DNA from: Candidatus Aenigmatarchaeota archaeon | GTDB lineage: Archaea; Aenigmatarchaeota; Aenigmatarchaeia; CG10238-14; SCSR01 | Direction of reading: 5' to 3' | Length of the DNA stretch: 15,801 bases | Assembly: GCA_039000165.1 (NCBI GenBank) | Contig: JAWBTW010000017.1 | Location: forward strand, 1-15,801 | In this document: piece by piece, positions 1 to 5,720 of the stretch | Layout of the letters: the number at the start of each line of letters is the position of its first letter | Position numbering within the stretch: the first letter of the stretch is position 1 | Made by a program: the position numbers and the translations under genes | The notes under the pieces: model-generated | The model's input: the letters and a program-made list of their open reading frames with translations, nothing else | Told to the model about the DNA's origin: nothing | Databases searched by the model: none

Positions 1-1
1 A

Positions 2-265
2 AGTTTAGTAGGGTTGCTCCTAGGTATAGCTATAGGGTTTTTGCTTTCACCAACGATTTCCAGACACTCTTTTGAGAAACTTATTCTACTACTTATGGTC
101 GTAATTCTTTGTAGGGGTCTTTTTATGTATGAAATGAGAGATCCGACTATAGGATGGTATAAGCCTGTTTTAAAAATAGCTGATAACATTTCATTACCGT
201 TTTCCTATTTCTTATTAGGAATACTTTCCTCCTTGTTTTATATGAATAGAAAAAAGTATTTTTAG
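2..265 (+). CDS. Hypothetical membrane protein, 5'-truncated by the window edge
   Basis: Frame is open from position 2 (SLVG-LLLGIAIG...). It has about three hydrophobic segments and a basic C-terminus (RKKYF), with stop TAG at 263-265. No family recognised. Confidence 0.65.
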   Translation, partial: SLVGLLLGIAIGFLLSPTISRHSFEKLILLLMVVILCRGLFMYEMRDPTIGWYKPVLKIADNISLPFSYFLLGILSSLFYMNRKKYF

Positions 266-330
266 TACGCCTAATGCTTCTTATACGAACTTTTAAGCCT
301 GAAAAGGCAATTTTGGCTTTATTTTTGAGG

Positions 331-707
331 AAAATGCGCCAACTATTAGGCTAGATTTTGCCTTTTTTGATATTGTTTCAATTTTTGGAATCCAAGGAAA
401 ATTGATACAATACCGATTAAAAATATAAGTATCTTTACCTATCCAAGGTTCAAAATTATTTTTATGCCGTTGATATTGCAGTTGCGCAGAAATTAATGGA
501 AACGATGTTTTATTTTTAAATGCGCCACATATTTTAAATAGACTGTGCAATTTGTGAATTTTATGAAAAATAGAGAGAATTTATGCCATTTTCTTTAGTT
601 AAAAAGCAAATTTAAACTTTTTAAAATCAAATAAAGAGATTTAAAATCAAATTTGATTAAAGAAAGTGGAAATTACTTGTTTTTTGAAAAAAATAAAATG
701 CGCCAAT
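331..707 (+). repeat. Dispersed AAATGCGCCA boxes (3 copies; TGCGCCA cores at 335, 521, 699)
   Basis: aaaatgcgccaac (331-343), aaatgcgccac (518-528) and aaaatgcgccaat (695-707), spaced 186 and 178 bp apart. An inverted core GGCGCA lies at 919-924 and another TGCGCCAACT at 2103-2112. Confidence 0.7.
600..658 (+). repeat. 20-bp-period direct repeat TTTAAAATCAAAT with a terminal 14-bp palindrome
   Basis: Identical 13-mers at 620-632 and 640-652, with a degenerate copy near 600-612. AATCAAATTTGATT (645-658) is a perfect palindrome. Confidence 0.55.
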
Positions 708-760
708 AAACTAAAAATAATTGAGCTTTTTTAAGATAGAGAAAAAGTGAGACTTAAAGT

Positions 761-880
761 ATATACTAAAAAATATTTGTTTAAGAAAATATTATTTAGT
801 ATATGTAATAAATTCAATGTTTTTATTTAAATATTTTATAAAAAATATAATTTTTTATATTTTTTGTAATTATTATTTTA
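761..880. other. Extreme AT-rich tract (candidate DNA-unwinding element)
   Basis: Only 8 G/C in 120 bp by manual count, and 820-865 is 46 bp of pure A/T. An 11-bp inverted repeat lies at 840-850/855-865. Confidence 0.5.
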
Positions 881-913
881 ACTCTATGATAGAAAGTGAG
901 AATTCATAGAAAA

Positions 914-932
914 AAGGAGGCGCACCCTCCTT
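914..932. repeat. GC-rich inverted repeat/hairpin AAGGAGG-cgcac-CCTCCTT
   Basis: Perfect 7-bp stem with a 5-nt loop. It contains the reverse complement of the TGCGCC box and stands out in A/T-rich surroundings. Confidence 0.6.
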
Positions 933-967
933 CAAAATAAAAAGTGAAGTTACTAGCCCTTATTTAA

Positions 968-985
968 AAAGTGAAAGTTTATAAG
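968..985 (+). promoter_or_regulatory. Putative BRE-TATA promoter for the 1008..1760 gene (probably leaderless)
   Basis: Purine-rich AAAGTGAAAG directly followed by TTTATAA (978-984), ending about 24 bp before the GTG start. No Shine-Dalgarno visible. Confidence 0.45.
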
Positions 986-1007
986 GAAGTAAATCATAAT
1001 ATTAATA

Positions 1008-1760
1008 GTGAGTTTAATTGATCGTATATTGCAGTTTTTTAGAAAAAAGCGCAGTCCTGAAGCGCTTCAAAGCGCTTCAAACGATTTAAAAGCGCTTCAA
1101 AGCGATGAAAAAGCGCTTCAAGAGCGCTTCAAAGCGCTTCAAATCGCTACTCCAGAGACTAAAATTCAAACAGAAACACCCCAACCAGAAACCCTGGAGC
1201 TTGAAAAAGAATCTCTTCAATTGGGTATAGCTGCCGGATATACTGGAAGAGCTCTAAAAGAAATCGAGGCTTCATTGAATAGAATAGAGACCCAAATGGT
1301 TTCAAAGGACTGGTTGTTATCCAAGTTCGAAATCCCTGTATTAACTATTAATGAGATAAAAGAAATTTTAAAACAGCATGATGAAAATATGTCCAGAAAA
1401 TTTGAAATAATTCAAAATTCTATAGAATCTCTTAAAAAAACAGCGGAAATTTCACCAGAACCTATTAAAACTGAAATAATGACTCAAATAGAAAAAATAG
1501 AATCTCAATTACCTTTAACACCAAAAATGGAAGAAGTTTTAGCTATTATAAGGGAGCATAAAGAAATAAGCTATAAGGATCTTGCGCAAAAACTAGGATG
1601 GAAAGATACCTCAGGGCTAAGGGGTTTACTTTCAAATATGGTTAAGAGAACTGATAAGATAGAAAGGTTTGAAAAAGATGGCCAAGGATGGGTAAGATAT
1701 CGCTTTGAAGCGCTTCAAAGCGGTTCTAATCCTTTTCCATCAAATTTAAAGGTTCAGTAA
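1008..1760 (+). CDS. Hypothetical coiled-coil protein with a C-terminal winged helix-turn-helix and an N-terminal amphipathic helix
   Basis: 250 aa with a GTG start. The C-terminal LTPKMEEVLAIIREHKEISYKDLAQKLGWKDTSGLRGLLSNMVKRTDKIERFEKDGQGWVRY fits a wHTH pattern. The central region is E/K/I/L-rich and helical. The N-terminus is MSLIDRILQFFRKK. Confidence 0.85.
   Translation: MSLIDRILQFFRKKRSPEALQSASNDLKALQSDEKALQERFKALQIATPETKIQTETPQPETLELEKESLQLGIAAGYTGRALKEIEASLNRIETQMVSKDWLLSKFEIPVLTINEIKEILKQHDENMSRKFEIIQNSIESLKKTAEISPEPIKTEIMTQIEKIESQLPLTPKMEEVLAIIREHKEISYKDLAQKLGWKDTSGLRGLLSNMVKRTDKIERFEKDGQGWVRYRFEALQSGSNPFPSNLKVQ
1048..1150 (+). repeat. Intragenic ~10-bp-period array of AGCGCTTCAA
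   Basis: Exact copies start at 1061, 1071, 1091, 1112, 1123 and 1133. Degenerate units lie at 1048, 1081, 1101 and 1143. TGAAGCGCTTCA (1058-1069) is palindromic. Confidence 0.95.
1701..1722. repeat. Perfect 22-bp palindrome CGCTTTGAAGCGCTTCAAAGCG
   Basis: The sequence equals its own reverse complement. It contains the same AGCGCTTCAA unit (1709-1718) as the 5' array of the same gene. Confidence 0.95.
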
Positions 1761-1812
1761 AATCAATAAATGAAAAAATCATGGACGATTTGAGGTTATA
1801 ACTGAATAGTAA

Positions 1813-2088
1813 TTATTTTTTGTCCGAGTTCAATTTATCCATTACAGTAAGGAATCTAAATATTCCATTTATGTCAGTTCCAGGTTTAAGTCTTACCATC
1901 TGAACATTAAAAGGTTCAAATTTCTGAATCTCTACGAACATCGTTAAATGAGTATTTATAAGTCTAGAAACAGTCTTGTGGTGTAGCTTTGTTCTTCTGG
2001 CTATTTCTCTTATCCAAAGCCACCCTTCTTCTGAGTGTTTTAAACATTTAACTATCTTTATAAGATTTTGAATCTTGTCTTTTCTCAT
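1813..2088 (-). CDS. Small helix-turn-helix DNA-binding protein
   Basis: 91 aa. IVKCLKHSEEGWLWIREIARRTKLHHKTVSRLIN is a classic HTH pattern. Confidence 0.85.
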   Translation of the reverse strand: MRKDKIQNLIKIVKCLKHSEEGWLWIREIARRTKLHHKTVSRLINTHLTMFVEIQKFEPFNVQMVRLKPGTDINGIFRFLTVMDKLNSDKK

Positions 2089-2184
2089 TTTTCCAGCCTA
2101 AGTGCGCCAACTGGAGTAATGGCTTTTAAATATTATTTAACTCTTAAAAAGATATAAATTTCTTTTTCTTTAAATCAAGAAAAG

Positions 2185-2235
2185 AAAATTTTCGTTTTTA
2201 TTTTTGGTTATAAAAAAATTTTCGTCTTTGTTTTT
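2185..2235 (+). repeat. 21-bp direct repeat (30-bp period) in the divergent promoter region
   Basis: AAAATTTTCGTTTTTATTTTT (2185-2205) versus AAAATTTTCGTCTTTGTTTTT (2215-2235), 19/21 identical. Low complexity. Confidence 0.5.
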
Positions 2236-2321
2236 TTCTTTCCATCTTTAATGTCTTTTTTCTTATCTAAATTTTCACTTAGGGTGTTAGCTTTTTTTAG
2301 TATAAAAACCATAAAAATATT

Positions 2322-2558
2322 ATGGCTAAGAGTAAGAATAGAGATAGTTCTTTAGGTCCTGCTATTTTAGAGGTTTTAAACGAGTCACCCGTACCTTTAA
2401 AAATACTTCCGATAAACTTTAAGGTTAACGAAAAGGTTAAAAGGATTGTTTCTCTAAATTCAATTAAAAATCAACTTAAAATTTTAGTCGAAGAGAAAAA
2501 AGTAGTACAAAAAAATAAGGCAGGATCTGTATATTATTGGACGAGAAGGATAAGATAA
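2322..2558 (+). CDS. Small winged-helix protein
   Basis: 78 aa. AILEVLNESPVPL...VSLNSIKNQLKILVEEKKVVQKNKAGSVYYW gives three helices plus a beta-hairpin wing. Confidence 0.8.
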   Translation: MAKSKNRDSSLGPAILEVLNESPVPLKILPINFKVNEKVKRIVSLNSIKNQLKILVEEKKVVQKNKAGSVYYWTRRIR

Positions 2559-2559
2559 T

Positions 2560-2718
2560 ATGCGTTCGCTCAAATGTCCTAAATGCGGAAAAAAAATTGT
2601 TAAAAAAGAATTAAGAAAAAATAAGGGGAAATGTGGCAATTGTGGCTTTCTACTTTCTGCTTTGATAGCAAAATTTTCTTCTGCAAGATCTCGAGTAAAA
2701 AGTAAGTATGCGAAGTAA
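2560..2718 (+). CDS. C4 zinc-finger microprotein (52 aa; not in the ORF track)
   Basis: Manual translation: MRSLKCPKCGKKIVKKELRKNKGKCGNCGFLLSALIAKFSSARSRVKSKYAK*, with C-x2-C-x15-C-x2-C. It starts 1 bp after the upstream stop and fills the gap to map. Confidence 0.85.
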   Translation: MRSLKCPKCGKKIVKKELRKNKGKCGNCGFLLSALIAKFSSARSRVKSKYAK

Positions 2719-2720
2719 AA

Positions 2721-3587
2721 TTACTCAACTAAAACTGTTTCTTCAGATTGTGCAACTAGACCGTTAGTTTCTTCTTTAAGTATCGGGTATTCTATCAAAG
2801 CATCTACTTCTACAAGCTGTCTAAGAGCTAGGTCAATTTTCAATGGGCTTATTATACCCCTAAGCCATCTCCTGGCAAAGGGTAACTTTTCAAACTTGGT
2901 TTTTGCAAGCTCTAAGATCCTCCTTCCTTCCAAAAGTCTAGTTGGTTTGTCTTGTTTGTACTTATAAATTAAGGTAGGGAAAGATTCTTTGACCCATCCA
3001 GACCCGTTTGTTACAAACACTTCCATTGCTATGGCTTGTCCTTCTTTTATTTCTTCTTTAATAGAATTTTTACCGTTTGGTATGGTTGGATGTGCATGTT
3101 GGTTAAACCTCTCTAAGCCATGACCACAAAGATTTCTTACAGGGTTAAAACCATTTTCAGTTATTACAGTTTCGACAACTTCAGAAATTTCACAAACCTT
3201 TGTGCCAGGTTTAATAAGTTTAAGAGCTTCTCTCAAAGCTTTTTCTGAAACTTCTATTAAAGGGTGAGTTTTCTCGTTTACACATACAGTGAAAGCGCTA
3301 TCCCATATATAGCCATCGATATGTATACCTATATCTATCTTAACCAAATCATTGTTTTTAATTACTGTAATGTCATTAGAATCAGGAGAATAATGAGCAC
3401 TTATTTCGTTTATGGAAATGTTAACAGGAAAGGCCGGTTTTCCACCCAATTCTTCTATCTTTCTCTCAATTTTTTCAGCAACTTCTAAAACTTTCTCACC
3501 TTCTTTAATCAAGCTTTTCGCATATTCTCTGACTTCTTGAGAAATCGAACAAGCCTTTTTGTACTTTTCTTTAATTTCCTTTTCCAT
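2721..3587 (-). CDS. map: Methionine aminopeptidase, type II
   Basis: Motifs AFPVNISINEISAHYSP, KIDIGIHIDGYIWDSAFT, NLCGHGL, AMEVF and AQSEET carry the D, D, H, E, E metal ligands. The type II helical insertion is present. Confidence 0.97.
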   Translation of the reverse strand: MEKEIKEKYKKACSISQEVREYAKSLIKEGEKVLEVAEKIERKIEELGGKPAFPVNISINEISAHYSPDSNDITVIKNNDLVKIDIGIHIDGYIWDSAFTVCVNEKTHPLIEVSEKALREALKLIKPGTKVCEISEVVETVITENGFNPVRNLCGHGLERFNQHAHPTIPNGKNSIKEEIKEGQAIAMEVFVTNGSGWVKESFPTLIYKYKQDKPTRLLEGRRILELAKTKFEKLPFARRWLRGIISPLKIDLALRQLVEVDALIEYPILKEETNGLVAQSEETVLVE

Positions 3588-3609
3588 AAAAGATTATAGC
3601 AGGTAAATA

Positions 3610-3774
3610 TTAATCAAGTTTTTTATTTCCGTTGTTTGCAAACCTTAGAATAGAAGAAGCAATTATATAGCCACAATGATTGCATCTCCCCTCAGTTAAT
3701 TTTAAAGTTTTGTATGGAATTGGTTTTTTGCATTTTGGACATTTAAGATTTTTTATGACTTTCATAGAATTCAT
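3610..3774 (-). CDS. C4 zinc-finger microprotein (54 aa; alternative ATG at 3765), paralogue of 2560..2718; not in the ORF track
   Basis: Manual translation: MNSMKVIKNLKCPKCKKPIPYKTLKLTEGRCNHCGYIIASSILRFANNGNKKLD*, with identical C-x2-C-x15-C-x2-C spacing. Confidence 0.85.
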   Translation of the reverse strand: MNSMKVIKNLKCPKCKKPIPYKTLKLTEGRCNHCGYIIASSILRFANNGNKKLD

Positions 3775-3880
3775 TTTATTTTTTGTGCAACTTTTTAAAG
3801 TAGTTTTCTATTCTTCTTTACATATTTTTTGAAATAACTAATGTTTTTTTATTTTCAAGAAGCTATAATTTTAATTAAAA

Positions 3881-4978
3881 ATGAGAAAAAAATTTTTAGC
3901 TCATCCAACCGAGCCCATAGAAGTTTGGCCTGAGAAAAAGATAAGTGAACTGACTAAAGAAATGCTTGCTATAGGTTTTCAAGGTAGAAAGTTAGCCGAA
4001 ATAATAGAGATTTGGTCAAGAATGCTCAAAAGAAAGAACTTAGTTATATGGTTTGGTTTGGCTGGAGCAATGGTTCCGGCAGGAATGAGGAAGATAATTT
4101 CTTATTTCATTAAAAGAAGGATGATAGATGTTTTAGTTACAACTGGAGCAAACATGTATCATGATTTTTGCGAAGCTATGGGGATGAAGCATTTCATCGG
4201 GACTCATCTAATAGATGATGAAAAACTAAGGAAGGTAAGAGTTGATAGAATATATGATGTTTTTGCTGATGAAAAAAAATTTTACAAACTTGACAATATT
4301 ATTTCAGGACCTTTTAGTATGATGTTGAAAGATAATTATCCTTATTCCTCGAGGGAAATTTTTGAACTTCTTGGTAAGTTTTTACTTAAGTATGGAAAAG
4401 AAAAGGACTCTATCATAATTTCAGCTTATAAAAATGGTGTACCAATTTTTTGCCCAGCGTTTGGTGATAGTTGCATTGGTTTTTCCTTAATGTTAGCAAA
4501 CAGGAGAAAAAAGGAAAAGACAATAAATTTTTGTGGTGAACTCATAACACTTCAAAAGAAAAAAATAATAGTTGATGCTCTTAAGGATGTGCATGAGACT
4601 GCAAGAATAAGGGAAAAAACAAAATATAGTGGGGTTATTTATATTGGTGGCGGCACACCAAAAAATTTCATTCAACAAACAGCAGTAATAGCAAGTTATC
4701 AAACTAGACACGAGAAACATCACAACTTTGCGATACAAATAACTACAGATTCACCTCAGTGGGGAGGTTTATCTGGGTGTACTTTTGAAGAAGCAATAAG
4801 CTGGGGTAAAGAATCAAGAAGTTCAAAAACAGCAACCTGCTACGTTGATGCTACTATAGCTTTACCTATAGTTTCTCACTCATTAAGCGAAAGATTTAAG
4901 AAATTAAGAAGAAATGTTCCTATATTTTCATGGGAAGAAAAAGATTTAAAGATAAAATTCGAAAGGATGACATTATGA
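3881..4978 (+). CDS. dys: Deoxyhypusine synthase family protein
   Basis: GFQGRKL, AGAMVPAGMR, VTTGANMYHD, GVPIFCPAFGDS, IGGGTPKNF and GGLSGCTFEEAISWGK (catalytic Lys in SWGK). Confidence 0.95.
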   Translation: MRKKFLAHPTEPIEVWPEKKISELTKEMLAIGFQGRKLAEIIEIWSRMLKRKNLVIWFGLAGAMVPAGMRKIISYFIKRRMIDVLVTTGANMYHDFCEAMGMKHFIGTHLIDDEKLRKVRVDRIYDVFADEKKFYKLDNIISGPFSMMLKDNYPYSSREIFELLGKFLLKYGKEKDSIIISAYKNGVPIFCPAFGDSCIGFSLMLANRRKKEKTINFCGELITLQKKKIIVDALKDVHETARIREKTKYSGVIYIGGGTPKNFIQQTAVIASYQTRHEKHHNFAIQITTDSPQWGGLSGCTFEEAISWGKESRSSKTATCYVDATIALPIVSHSLSERFKKLRRNVPIFSWEEKDLKIKFERMTL

Positions 4979-5097
4979 AAAAGAAAAAAAGAAGAATAAC
5001 TTCTCAGGAAAAATTGAGAAGATGGGCCTTGAAGGAATTAGAAAAATATATGAAACTTCATAAAGAGCACGAAAAAGATTTAAGATACATAGCTTAA
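4975..5097 (+). CDS. Putative 40-aa basic small protein coupled to dys
   Basis: ATGA overlap with the dys stop. MKKKKRRITSQEKLRRWALKELEKYMKLHKEHEKDLRYIA* exactly fills the gap, and its stop overlaps the stop of the convergent HTH gene. Confidence 0.5.
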   Translation: MKKKKRRITSQEKLRRWALKELEKYMKLHKEHEKDLRYIA

Positions 5098-5357
5098 ACT
5101 TTTATGTTTTTAAGCTGAGCTTTAATTTTTTTTGGAAGAAGTTCTATAGTACTTACTGGATAGGTGAGCTTTTTAATTCTTGGATTTTTCCTGTCAAACT
5201 TAAACCTAACTAATCCTTTCTCCTTAAGTCTGGAAAGAAAATACCTTACTCTTCCTCCACTCATCATCATTTTTTTTGAAATTTCATAAGTGCACAACCC
5301 AGGATTTTGACAAATAAACGTGTAAATTTTATATTCTGCTTCAGATTTCTTGGGCAT
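5094..5357 (-). CDS. Winged HTH transcriptional regulator (ArsR/MarR-like)
   Basis: KIYTFICQNPGLCTYEISKKMMMSGGRVRYFLSRLKEKGLVRF. Shine-Dalgarno AGGTGA at 5361-5366 on the minus strand. Confidence 0.9.
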   Translation of the reverse strand: MPKKSEAEYKIYTFICQNPGLCTYEISKKMMMSGGRVRYFLSRLKEKGLVRFKFDRKNPRIKKLTYPVSTIELLPKKIKAQLKNIKV

Positions 5358-5456
5358 TTTTCACCTTTCTTGATTTTTCAATTAATAGTTGGAGGAAGAA
5401 TTTAAATATTTAACTAGTCTTCTGAACCGAAAACTTTATTTACTCCTATACAACAT

Positions 5457-5720
5457 ATGTTGGATATGCTGACAGAATTTGAAAAGACAATATTATTATC
5501 ATTATTTGTGCTAGCAAAAGGTTCCACAAAAAAGTACGTCTCCTTAGAGGAATTGCTATCAAAATTTCCGATAAGACAAAGAAAAATTGTTAAAGAATAT
5601 CTGCTAAAACTTGATAAAGAAAAGTATTTGACAAGAGTTGACAATAAGTTAAGAATTGATAAGAAAGCATTACCCATCATTTCTCAATTTCTAGTTAAAG
5701 GACCAAAGTTAAGAGTTTAG
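5457..5720 (+). CDS. Small putative winged-helix protein
   Basis: LTEFEKTILLSLF...YVSLEELLSKF...IVKEYLLKLDKEKYLTRVDNKLRI fits a wHTH pattern. An alternative ATG lies three codons downstream. Confidence 0.75.
   Translation: MLDMLTEFEKTILLSLFVLAKGSTKKYVSLEELLSKFPIRQRKIVKEYLLKLDKEKYLTRVDNKLRIDKKALPIISQFLVKGPKLRV

Larger units (their letters stand above)
266..1007. other. Long structured AT-rich non-coding region (candidate replication origin or cis-acting locus)
   Basis: About 740 bp with no convincing ORF, in a window where most intergenic gaps are far shorter. Contains several repeat families and an extreme A/T tract. The function is inferred. Confidence 0.45.

Noticed and set aside
293..550. 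85-aa minus-strand ORF
   Set aside because: Non-ATG start, no recognisable motif, and it overlaps the repeat boxes. Probably spurious, though not strictly excluded.
1048..1150. CRISPR array or protein-level heptad repeat as the explanation of the AGCGCTTCAA array
   Set aside because: Units are 10 bp and contiguous with no unique spacers, and no cas genes are present. The repeat is read in three different frames, so it is not a peptide repeat.
2091..2116. TTCCAG...CTGGAG as an ORB element
   Set aside because: Only a 5-bp inverted repeat with the wrong spacing, no G-string and no cdc6 nearby.
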